Shown: positions 9,314 to 19,200 of the stretch, piece by piece | How the letters are laid out: each line of letters opens with the position of its first letter | Position numbering within the stretch: the first letter of the stretch is position 1 | From: Candidatus Xenobia bacterium | GTDB lineage: Bacteria; Vulcanimicrobiota; Xenobia; Xenobiales; QWHO01 | Assembly (NCBI GenBank): GCA_045863235.1 | Contig: BTUM01000052.1 | Location: 1 to 57,110, forward strand | Direction of reading: 5' to 3' | DNA: 57,110 nucleotides | Notes under the pieces: generated by a model | Seen by the model: the letters and a program-made list of their open reading frames with translations, nothing else | Databases searched by the model: none | Told to the model about the DNA's origin: nothing | Program-made: the position numbers and the translations under genes

Positions 9314-9819
9314 GGTATTTCAAATACCTGGACGACGATTTGGTGCCGGGGGCCACGAGCTACTCCGAGTTCGACCAGGAGGGCTGGGAACTTCGCCAGG
9401 TGACCCTTAAAGACGACTTCTGTCTTTCGTCCAACGTGCGGGATCCCGTGTGGGGTCTTCACCTGGGTGATCAGCGCGCGGAAGATTTCACGGACCAGGC
9501 AGCGCTCGAGACCGACCGCGACGAGTTCGAGCAGGCCTGGGACGTCGCCCTGAAGCGCCACGAGTCGGTCTGGCTCCGCAGTCAGCAGAGCTTCCCGGTC
9601 GGGGAGCTCGTGCAGGGTACGCTCGCGTGCTTCTATCCCCAGGGAGCGCTAGTCGCGCTGGACCAGGAAACTCTGGGCCTGGTTCCCCCCGGTGAGCTGA
9701 ACGGTCTTTATCCGGGAGCCCCCATCAAGGCTACGGTGGCCGGATTCGATCAACGCCAGCATTGGGTTTTGCTCCGTGAAGCGATGGCTACGCAGAAACC
9801 GAAGCACCCCGATGGATAG
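9310..9819 (+). CDS. Hypothetical protein with C-terminal S1/OB-fold-like domain
   Basis: GTGA overlap with the upstream gene; FPVGE.V.G....YPQGALV...GLV...GA.IKATV.GFD...WVLL resembles an S1 domain. Confidence 0.7.
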   Translation: MRYFKYLDDDLVPGATSYSEFDQEGWELRQVTLKDDFCLSSNVRDPVWGLHLGDQRAEDFTDQAALETDRDEFEQAWDVALKRHESVWLRSQQSFPVGELVQGTLACFYPQGALVALDQETLGLVPPGELNGLYPGAPIKATVAGFDQRQHWVLLREAMATQKPKHPDG

Positions 9820-9851
9820 GGACTCGGGTAATCCAGACAGAACAGCCGCCC

Positions 9852-11411
9852 GTGCGTCGCCCCGACAACCTGATCTACGGCCTGGAGGACACTCCACCGC
9901 TCGGTCCATTGGCCCTGCTTGGACTGCAGATGGCCCTTTTGCTGAGCATCCTCCTCATCATCGTGCTGCTGGTCACCGGGGCCGCCGATCTGTCTTTCGT
10001 CGAGCGCCAGAACGCGGTCAGCCTGGCCCTGATCGCCCTGGCCATCGGGGCGGGGCTGCAGACCTGGCCTCGCTTTGGCTCGGGGCTGCTCGCCCCCCCG
10101 TTGCTGGCGGCCACCTACCTGGGCGCCGCCCTGCACGCCGTCAAGCTGGGCGGAATGGCCCTCTTTGCCGGGATGACGGTCTTTGCAGGCGTGTGCGAAG
10201 TGGTGCTGGCCGGGCTACTCGGCCCATTGCGCAGGCTGGTGCCAGCCTATCTGTGCGGGCTGATCACTGTGTCGGTCGGGTTCGAGGTGGGGCTTCTGGG
10301 GTCAAGCAGATGCTGGGCATCGAGCCTGCCCCGGCTGCTGGGGCCGATGCTGGGGCTGGTGCTGGGGTCGGGGCTGGCGCTGGGCCTGGGGCAGGTCGAT
10401 CCGGCGCGCCTGGCCCTGTTGGGCCAGACCCCCTGGGTGGGGCTGCCCCACCTGCCCACCTTCGGCTACCGCTTCGAGGCCTCTTGCGTATTGCCGTTTC
10501 TGGTCGCCTCGCTGGCCTGCGCACTGAAAGCCGTGGGCGTGCTGGTCACGGCCCAGAAGAGCAACGACGCCGACTGGCGACGGCCTGACGCCAGGAGCCT
10601 GCGGCGAGGGGTGCTGGCGGATGGGACCGGCTGCCTGGTGGCAGGCTTGCTGGCCGCCCCAGGCCTTTCGGTCAGCCCCAGCGCGGTGTCCATCTCGGCG
10701 GCCACGGGAGCCACCAGCCGCATGATCGGGCTCTCCGCAGCCGGCTGGTTGCTCCTTTTTGCCCTGTTGCCTCGCCTGGCGGGCGCCATTCTCATCCTGC
10801 CCGAGCCGGTACTGGGCGGGGCCCTGGTCTACACGGGCAGCACGCTCTTGATCAGCGGCCTGCGCCTGCTCACTTCGGCTCCGCTTGACGCTCGCCATAC
10901 CGCCGTGATCGGCATCTCGATCTTCGTGGGCCTCTCGCACCAGGTCTACCGGCCTTACTTCAATGGCTCTGCCGGGACCGTTTCACCTCATCACCGGCTC
11001 GATGCTCACCCTGACGACCCTCTTCGGGCTCACGCTCCACCTCCTATTGCACTTTGGAGTGCGGCGCACGACCCGGGTGAAGGACCTGGCCCTGACCCCC
11101 GTGGTGGCCTCGTGGCCCGTCAGCGAGGCGGTGCGCCGCGAGGTGCAAGAGACCACGACGCAACTGGTGCACATGGTCGAGCAGGCCCATCTCAGCCGGG
11201 CGAGGTGAAGGTGCAACTGGCCTACGACGAGACCAGTTACTCGGTCGAGCTGGCCTACCAGGGGACCCCGCTGGTCATGAGCCGCTCCCTGGCGAGCACA
11301 GACCCCGATCTGCAGGGTCTGGTCGATTTTCTGGAGGGGCTGCAGCCCGACGAGCTGCACACCAGCACGAAAGGGAAGCGCTGCCAGGTGCGGGTGGCCT
11401 TCGGCCTGTGA
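9852..11411 (+). pseudogene. NCS2 (xanthine/uracil permease) family transporter with multiple frame disruptions
   Basis: LIYGLEDTPP, GVLADG, ATGATSR..G, P.PVLGG. The correct-looking segments GVKQMLGIEP (~10300-10330) and ALPGPFHLITGSMLTL... (10963-11200) lie in another frame. Confidence 0.75.
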
Positions 11412-11474
11412 CGAATTCAGCGACGACAGGAGCGTTCGAAAGAGATCCCGCCTCGAGGTCGAATCCCTTCGGAA

Positions 11475-13028
11475 ATGATCCCCCTTTCGTCCATCGGGTC
11501 GGTGACCGCCCCCACCCTGACCAGCCCTCGGGCCGCTGCTGCCCCGGCCCCGGTCAACCCGCAGGATCAGGCCACCCTCACCGGGGAGAAGCGGATTTTT
11601 CCTCGCCTGGGCCGGGTGCTCAAGGAGATCGCCTTCATCACCGCCATGGCGGCAGGCATCGCCATGACCGGGCTCGGTGGCGGCGCCCTGATGTACAGCG
11701 CCACCCAGGGCCCGGCGCTACTCCAGGCCGACCGCAACCTGACGCCCCACCAGCACCAGCTCGCCAGCGAGGAGTTGCAGGCCTTTGGTCAGCCAACCGT
11801 GCGCTGGCTCGAGCAGCGCGGCGTCACCATCCAGATCACCGATTCCGATGCCGAGGTGGGCCGGATGCTCGAGGAATACGGCATCCTGCATGGCCTGGAT
11901 CGGGTTCAGGTCGCTCGTGAGGCGGTGGAGGTGGGAGCCGCGCTCGACCAGGTCGTGACCGGTCCCGAGTATCAGGCCAGACTCAAGTCCACCGAGAAAC
12001 TCCTGTCCGAGGCCGGCGAGCTGCACCGCCAGTGGGCCGAGAAGAATGGCTTGCCGACCATGCCCGGGTTCAGCGGGTTTGGATTGGGCGGTGCCGGGAT
12101 GGCCGGGATGCTCGCCCAAACGGGTCGCACTCTCACACCCAGACCTGCACGCGAAGGCCAGATCATGAAAGAGCTGATGACGCTCAGCCAGGCGAGCCTG
12201 CAGTCATTCAAGCAAGCGGCTGGAAGCTGGGGCGAGCAGGTCGGTTTCCTGTTTTCTGTACAGTCTGCGATCGAGCAATCGGGAGCAAGCAGCCAGGCCG
12301 ATCAAGCTGATTTTCGAGCCCTCCTGCAAGCGGCGAACGGAGAGAGACTGGCCCGGGCGCAGGCTGAGGGGTTGGCCCAGGTGGAGAGCCAGGTGGCCTT
12401 GCTCCCCGAGGGGCCGGCCCGCGAGGCGGCCAGCGCTCACCTGGCCGATCTCCAGGCCCACCCGGACAAGATTCCGCTCAACGGCTTGAAACATGGCCTG
12501 GTGGCCCCTCCGGTGCGCTATCTGAGCCTGGGTGATCGCAGTGTGGTGCTTTCGGCCACCGACTCGAGCGGCTTTGGGGACATCCAGGCGCAAGGTCTGC
12601 ATTTTCCCCGCACCGACGTCATCCAGGTGGATGCCGACCAGCTGGGCCAGCCCGGGCGGGTCCTCAGCCACGAGGTGGGGCACGCCATCGAGGACCAGCT
12701 GCGCGAGAGCGATCCCGAGTTCTATCGAGACTTCCAACCGCGCCTGAAGGCGGCCTTCGAAAAGGCTCGCCAGCAACCGGCCGAGGCCGCCTCGGGCTAC
12801 GGGTTGAAGAATCCGGCCGAATACCTGGCCGAGGGGGTGCGTCTGCACTTCGAGTCGCCCGAGCTCTTGAGCCAGAAAGATCCGGCTCTGGCCGGCCTGA
12901 CCCGAGAAGTGCTCGAGCGGGCGGCCACCCGGCCGACTCAGAATCCGATGCTGCATGCGCTCATGCTGCTCGGGGGCGTGGGCCTGATCGGGGCCGCGAG
13001 CTGGCTTCGCCGCACCCCCTCGCTCTGA
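11475..13028 (+). CDS. Membrane-anchored zinc metallopeptidase, anthrax lethal factor/Pro-Pro endopeptidase-like domain
   Basis: HEVGH zinc motif followed by YGLKNPAEYLAEG...F..PE.L..KDP; hydrophobic segments near residues 50-75 and at the C-terminus. Confidence 0.75.
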   Translation: MIPLSSIGSVTAPTLTSPRAAAAPAPVNPQDQATLTGEKRIFPRLGRVLKEIAFITAMAAGIAMTGLGGGALMYSATQGPALLQADRNLTPHQHQLASEELQAFGQPTVRWLEQRGVTIQITDSDAEVGRMLEEYGILHGLDRVQVAREAVEVGAALDQVVTGPEYQARLKSTEKLLSEAGELHRQWAEKNGLPTMPGFSGFGLGGAGMAGMLAQTGRTLTPRPAREGQIMKELMTLSQASLQSFKQAAGSWGEQVGFLFSVQSAIEQSGASSQADQADFRALLQAANGERLARAQAEGLAQVESQVALLPEGPAREAASAHLADLQAHPDKIPLNGLKHGLVAPPVRYLSLGDRSVVLSATDSSGFGDIQAQGLHFPRTDVIQVDADQLGQPGRVLSHEVGHAIEDQLRESDPEFYRDFQPRLKAAFEKARQQPAEAASGYGLKNPAEYLAEGVRLHFESPELLSQKDPALAGLTREVLERAATRPTQNPMLHALMLLGGVGLIGAASWLRRTPSL

Positions 13029-13053
13029 CCGCGGCGAAACGCGCAGCGGGAGG

Positions 13054-13773
13054 CTACCCGTCCGATGCCTGGACCGCCCGCACCACGGCCGCTCCCAGGC
13101 GGATCAGGTGGTGCAGCTTCTGCTCCTCGAGCAATTTCCCGGCCACTTCCACCTCGACCCCGTTCTGATCCAGAGTGATGGTGGGCAGCTCGAAGGGGGC
13201 CTTACTGGGCGGCCAGGCCTCCAGCAGAGCCACCACCTCGCGAGACAAGAGCTCGGGCCAGCGCTCGGGCTGGCGGGCCAGCACCACGAAGCGCCCCGCG
13301 CCCAGGCTGGCGGGCACGGGCTGAAAGCCCTTCAGGGCCTGAATGCGCTCCAACCAACGCTGCTGGGCGCCGGCCCGGGGCAGGCCGGCGGCGGCTCCGG
13401 CGGCCATCGAGGTGACCATCTGGCCCAGCTTGCTCTGGGAGAAGTCATACACCTTGCGGTCGAGCACGATCAGTTCCAGCGACTCGGCAGCCCGTGCCCG
13501 GCAGGTCCAGACCATCTCGGGAGGACGGTGAGAGTCCCCCTGGAGCGGGGTGCGGCACTCGAGCACGAACTCCAGATCGTCCTCGCGTCCGCTGATGCGA
13601 AGTGGCATCTCGTCGGACAGGTTGTGCTGGCACTGGAAGTTGTTGCGAGCCGCCCAATCGCTGACGGCCTGGCGCAGGGCCAGCTGACGGGCCTGCGAGC
13701 GACGCACGGCCATGATTCCCAGCCCGGCCACCCCGGCCAGGATGGCCACCGGGATCACGATCGCCAGATCCAT
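13054..13773 (-). CDS. Hypothetical protein with N-terminal transmembrane anchor
   Basis: MDLAIVIPVAILAGVAGLGIMAVRR; ATG overlaps the kinase stop codon (TGATG). Confidence 0.75.
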   Translation of the reverse strand: MDLAIVIPVAILAGVAGLGIMAVRRSQARQLALRQAVSDWAARNNFQCQHNLSDEMPLRISGREDDLEFVLECRTPLQGDSHRPPEMVWTCRARAAESLELIVLDRKVYDFSQSKLGQMVTSMAAGAAAGLPRAGAQQRWLERIQALKGFQPVPASLGAGRFVVLARQPERWPELLSREVVALLEAWPPSKAPFELPTITLDQNGVEVEVAGKLLEEQKLHHLIRLGAAVVRAVQASDG

Positions 13774-15968
13774 CACAGCGCCTCTTGCATGCGCTCGATT
13801 TCGGTGAGCAGGCTGCGGCGGGCGTGCAGAGCGGCCTCGAAGCGCCCTTCCTCGGCCAGGGCGGCGATCTGGGCAGCCGCCCTGGCGGCCGGCAGCGCCG
13901 CCATGCCCTCCAACCACTCCTGCAACTGCTCGGCTGCCTGCACCAGCGGGTCTGCCTCGAGCGACCGGAAAGCTTGATCGAGCGCTTCGAGACGCTCATC
14001 CCACACTTCCTTGAATCCGGATGGAGCCTGCACCACCCGGATCGTTGGAGTGGTCAGCTTGGGCTGGATATCGGTGCGGATGACCGAGCCCAGCATCTCC
14101 AGCAATTCCCCCTCGTCGATGGGCTTGGACAGGAAGCCATCCATGCCAGCCTCCACGCAGCGGCGGGTCCACTCCTCGCGCTCGTGGCCGGTCAGGGCCA
14201 CCACCGGGGTCATATTTCCCCGGTTGCGCAGGGCTCGGGTGGCCTCCAGCCCGTTCATTCGGGGCAGGTCGAGATCCATCAAGATGGCGTCAAAGTGCAG
14301 GGACAGAGCTAGCTCCACGGCTTCCACCCCGTCCCCGGCGGCGGTGACCCGGTGGCCGTGGTTTTCCAGCAGGCGAGTGGCCACCATGCGGTTGATCCGG
14401 TCATCCTCCACCACCAGCACGTTGAGCGACCGGGTCGGGCGCGCAGAGCGCACGGCCAGGGGAGCAGCGCCCGAGACGGGCAGGCAGATGGCGAAGGTGA
14501 CCGCGCTCTGGTCCTCCCAGAGTTGGCCGCCCATCTTCTCCACCAGAGCGTGGGTCACGGCCAGGCTGACCGCTCCCAGGCCGGCTGAGCCCCCGGGCGC
14601 AGCGGCCCCGCTGACTACGATTCGCAGGCTGACCCCATCGGCTGAGACCGAGTCGCGGTGCACACCCATCGAAACGTTGGTCGAATCGCTGTGTTGGATG
14701 GCGTTGCTCAGCAGACTGGTGAGGATCTGGCGCACGCGCAGCGGATCGCAGTCCACCGAGTCGGGCACGGCCATGTCCACGTGACCGGTCAGGGTGATGC
14801 CCCGCACCCGGGCCAGCGGGGTCTGGTCGCGCACCAGGTTCTGCACCAGACCGCGCAGGTCGGTGGGTACCGGCTCGAGCTTGAGGCGACCGAACTGCAG
14901 CCGCGTGTAGTCGATCAGGCCCTGCATCAAGCGCTGCATCTCCTGAGCCGAGCTATCCAGAGCCTCGAGATGCTGGCGCTGGTTGGGGGTCAGGCCAGAG
15001 TCAGCCAGCAGGCGAACGTTGCCCAGGATCCCGTTCATGGGAACGCGCAGGTACGGGCTGAGAGCCAGCAGCAGAGTTCCGGGATCGCGGGTGGCCAGAG
15101 CCTGGGCGGGGTCAAACTCGCGCTCGGCGGAATGCTCGGCCGGCTGGTCGGGATCGAAGACCGTCAAGAGAGCCTGGCGCACCTGGCCGGCCGAGCGGGG
15201 ACGACGCTCGGGCTCTTTTTCGAGCAGGCGACGGACCAGCTGGTCGAGCGACTCGGGCAGGTCGGGGCGCAGCTCGCGCGGACCCGGCGCGGGCTCGCGC
15301 AGGTGGGCCTGCATCATCTCGAACTCGTTGTCCCGGTCGAAGGGCCACTCCCCGGTCAGGGCTTCGAACAGGGTAACGCCCAGGGCATAGAGGTCGGAGG
15401 CCGGGCCCGCCTCCCGAGTGCTCAGGATCTGCTCGGGCGCCACGTAGGCGCAAGTGCCCATCATCACGCCCGTCTGGGTCAGCCCCGAGCGCACTCCCAC
15501 GCGCCGCACCAGCCCCAGGTCGGCGATCTTGGGCGCCCCATCGGAGTTGAACAGGATGTTCTGCGGCTTGAGGTCGCGGTGTACCAGGCCCTGGTCGTGG
15601 ATGTATTCCAGCCCGGCGCAGACCTGGGCGAAGACGTCCAGCACCGAAGGCAACTCGGGCACCCTGGCCAGGAAGTCGTGCAGATTCCCCCCTTCGAGCA
15701 GCTCCATGATCAGGATCTGCTGGCCTTCGTGCTCAAGGGTATCGATCAGCTTGACCACGTTGGGATGCGACAGCGCCGCCAGCTCGCGGGCTTCCTGGCG
15801 CATGCGCTCGCGCGTCTCCTCATCCGAGCCCGGGAACAGAAGCTTGACGGCCACCTGCTCGCTGGTGCGCCAGTCCCAGGCCTTGATGACTTCGCCCGAG
15901 CCGCCGCGACCGAGCTCGCAGACGAACTCGAGAAAGTCGGGCAGACGGGGGTGACGCTGAGTTTCCAA
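13773..15968 (-). CDS. Ser/Thr protein kinase fused to degenerate HisKA/HATPase, receiver and Hpt-like domains
   Basis: Kinase: GRGGSG, VAVK, HRDLKPQN, DLG, APE. HisKA-like: SPYLRVPMNGILG. Receiver: VEDD..MDLDLP..T..SKP. Confidence 0.88.
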   Translation of the reverse strand: METQRHPRLPDFLEFVCELGRGGSGEVIKAWDWRTSEQVAVKLLFPGSDEETRERMRQEARELAALSHPNVVKLIDTLEHEGQQILIMELLEGGNLHDFLARVPELPSVLDVFAQVCAGLEYIHDQGLVHRDLKPQNILFNSDGAPKIADLGLVRRVGVRSGLTQTGVMMGTCAYVAPEQILSTREAGPASDLYALGVTLFEALTGEWPFDRDNEFEMMQAHLREPAPGPRELRPDLPESLDQLVRRLLEKEPERRPRSAGQVRQALLTVFDPDQPAEHSAEREFDPAQALATRDPGTLLLALSPYLRVPMNGILGNVRLLADSGLTPNQRQHLEALDSSAQEMQRLMQGLIDYTRLQFGRLKLEPVPTDLRGLVQNLVRDQTPLARVRGITLTGHVDMAVPDSVDCDPLRVRQILTSLLSNAIQHSDSTNVSMGVHRDSVSADGVSLRIVVSGAAAPGGSAGLGAVSLAVTHALVEKMGGQLWEDQSAVTFAICLPVSGAAPLAVRSARPTRSLNVLVVEDDRINRMVATRLLENHGHRVTAAGDGVEAVELALSLHFDAILMDLDLPRMNGLEATRALRNRGNMTPVVALTGHEREEWTRRCVEAGMDGFLSKPIDEGELLEMLGSVIRTDIQPKLTTPTIRVVQAPSGFKEVWDERLEALDQAFRSLEADPLVQAAEQLQEWLEGMAALPAARAAAQIAALAEEGRFEAALHARRSLLTEIERMQEAL

Positions 15969-16053
15969 AGCGCAGGCATCCTTCTCCGGTTCGGGCCAGC
16001 AGCCCTACGACCCGAAGAAGGCTTTTGCCAGGAAGACGACCAGGGCGGGATCA

Positions 16054-16167
16054 CGCGCGTGTCCACTCGGGTAGCAGGTAAGTTGACAGCCTCCGTGTCC
16101 GCTCATGAGCAGGCACCGCGCGTGTCAACCTGGGCAGCAGGGTTGACAGCCTCCGCGGGCACCGCGC
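16054..16167. repeat. Imperfect duplicated palindromic intergenic element
   Basis: CGCGCGTGTC...GTTGACAGCCTCCG at 16054-16095 and 16117-16155; copy 2 has a TGTCAACC/GGTTGACA stem. Confidence 0.65.
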
Positions 16168-16239
16168 ATCCAGCCGCCCCTGAACACGAAGAGGACGAGA
16201 TTTCTCTCGTCCTCGGCTAACGCTCGATGAAGTCAGCTG

Positions 16240-19200
16240 CTAGGCTTTCTCTTCGTCCGGCGGCGGACCGAACATCGCGCTGAGCGGAATGCCCATGATG
16301 CCCGGCTCCTCCGGCTTGGAGGGAGGCTTCGGAGTCCAGAAGGTCACCACGCTGGCCAGGGCGCGGGCGATCCCACCGCCTACCAGGCCACCCACGGCTG
16401 CGCCCGAGGCCGCTCCACCCAGGACGCCGCCGCCGGCTCCGGCGAAGGTGCCGGCCAGTTTGCCCACGGCCGTGCCGTGCGAGTAGCTGAGCTTCTTGTT
16501 GACCTTCTCGCCCACGTACTCGGTGGGGGTCAGAGCGCCCTGCACCACCAGCCTGGCGATCCCGGGGACGGCGTCCTTGATGGCCGCCATCGGGTCCATG
16601 GCCTTCTGCAGCTCCTTCATCGGGTCGGACGGCCCCTTCTTCTTGTCCTCGAGCGGGGCCTCATAGCCCTTGGAGGCGATGGAGTGGCCCGAGAAGCCCG
16701 CCTTGGCGCCCAGCAACAGGCCCACCGGCGCGCCGATCACGATGCCCACCGCGGCGCCCGCGAGGGCGCCGGCCACGGTGCACACCGTGCGGATCCCCTG
16801 ACCCACGAAGCGGGCGGTTCTGGCGACCGCGCCCATCTCGGGCGGCTCTTCCAGAGCCTTGAGGGCCATGCGCTCCTGCATTTCCTTCTGGCCCTTGCCC
16901 ATCTGCTTCTTCATCTCGGCCATCGCCTCGGCCTGAGCCTTCTCTTCCGGGGTCTGGGCCTTCTTGTCGTTGCGCATCTGCTCGGTGACCCGGTTGATGC
17001 CCGTGAACAGGTTGTCGATCACGTTGCGGTGCAGCGGGGCGTCGAAGATCATGTCCATGAATTGCTTGTAGTCGCCGCTCTTCAAGAGCGCGGTCTCGCC
17101 CATCTTCTCGTCGAAGTCGAAGCGGTCGACGGGCAGGTAGAGCGTGGCGCCCTGCCGGCCTTCGTAGCGGTTGTTGACCTTCTGAACCAGCACCTGGTCG
17201 TTGGCAGCAGCGATCAGCTTGGCGCACTGGTCTTTGATGGCCTGCGGGATGCGAGCGTCGCCCTGGATGCGCTCGGCCACCTGGATGATGTCGCGGTCGT
17301 CCACGTCCATCATCGTGTTCATCACCTGGTTCACTCCGTAAGTGGGGCAGGCCCAGATGTCCTCTTTGATGTGCTTGGCGGAGTCGGGGTGGGCCAGGCA
17401 GACCTTCCAGAAGTTGTTGAGCTCGCTCTCGAACTTCTGGGCCTTCGTCTTGTCGAGGTCGTAGGCGCCGAAGGTGTCGGCGAACTGCATGTTCTTCTTG
17501 CCGCCGGGGAAAGCGGCGTGTCCCTGGACGATGTCGACCAGGTCGCGGGCGTAGGTGTGGGCGTCGGCGTTGGCGGTCTTGGGGTCGTTGAGATAGCTGA
17601 AGATAGCTTCGGGGTCGTTGCCCATCAGCACCTCGGGCGAGGCAGAGAGGGCTTTGATGTCGCCGGTCTGGGCCAGGGCGTTGATGAAGGAGGTGTTCCC
17701 CATCAAGCACGAGCCGATGATCAGGTTGTCGATGACGGGGCGCTTGCCGGTCTCGGCCTCGACCCGGTCGAGGGCCTTCTTGATGGCGCCGGCGAAGTCA
17801 TCCACCGGCATGGCGTTGTGAGCGGCGGCGTTGTTGTCGGGGCCGTCGGGGCACAGGCCCTTCTCGGCTCCGCCGTGGCCAGCCACCATCAGGCGAATCT
17901 TCTGGTCGTCGGGATGGGCCTTGATGGACTTGTAGACGAAGTCTTCCAGCGTCTTGGGGTCGTTCATGTGGGTGTTGGCGGCGTCGAGTCGCTCGATTTC
18001 CTGCAGCTCACCCTTCTGGATGTAGTCCATCGTCAGGTTTTTCTTGTGGGGAAGGTCGCTGCGGAGGGTGACCATGTCCATGTGGTCGCCCGAGCCGACG
18101 TCGCTCATGCGCAGGGGAAGGTCCTCGTAGATGCCCTTCTCGAGCGGGTCGAACGGGCTCACGAAGTAGAGCATGAAGAGGTTGGTCTTCGGCTTGGCCG
18201 GATCCACCGGGGTGTTGGTGTGGGGGATCTTGCCGTTCTGCTCGAGGGTGGTCAGCTGATCGAGCTTCTTGAGGCTGTGCAGGCCGCCCTTGGGATCGAG
18301 CACCACCATCTCGCCGCCCTCGGCCAGGGTCAGGTAACCGATGCGAGCGTCAGCTTTGCTGAGCATGCCGGCGTTGATGCCGGCCATTCCGCGGCCAAGC
18401 ATCACGTGACCGGACTTCTCGAGATTTTCAAAAGAGGTCTTGAAAGCGACCTGCTCGGGCGTGGGAGCGGCCTCGAAGGGGATCAGCTTCTCGAGCTGGC
18501 CCGCGTTCAGGGTCACGCCCTGGTCGCCCAGGCCGTTGCTGCCGTTGGGGAAGCCCACGGTGACGAAGCCACCTTTGTTGAGCGTCTCGACGATCTCGGC
18601 TCGCATCCGGAGCTGAGCCTCGGGGTCGCGGCGGATCTTCTTGAGCTCGGCCAGGTTATGGCGGGCCATTTCGGCGATGTCGGTGACCGAGAGGTTCTCG
18701 GGCAGCTCCTGCATGGGGGCGATGTCGATGCCCAGGGCCTCCACCGTGTCCACCGTGCGCCCGATAGCGCTCTTCTTGGGGTCGGCCGGCTCGGGAGTCG
18801 AGCTGGCCACGGCGCTCTTGGACTTGAGCGGCAACACCTGGCCGTCGCCGGTGACCCGGTGGACCGGCTCGCCTCGTCCCAGCATCAGGGCTGCGCCGTT
18901 GGCGTCGGTGCGCAGCCAGTCGGGGCCGGGCTTCATGAAGCTGCCCTCGCCGCGCGGGAAGTAGAAACTGTCGCCAGCCAGTTGGAACTGCCTGAGCTGA
19001 TCGCGCAGCTTGACGGTCTCGGCATCCCCCTGCCCTTTGACCAGCTCGGCGAACTTGTCCAGTTCAGCCGGGTTACGGAAGCTCACCGTGACGCCCTTGG
19101 GCTCCTTGAATCGGACCAGAGACTCGAAGCCGGCATCGTGGGAGCGCTGGATGTCTCGGGCTTCGGCCTTGACGGCTTTGTAGCCGTTCGACTCGAGGTC

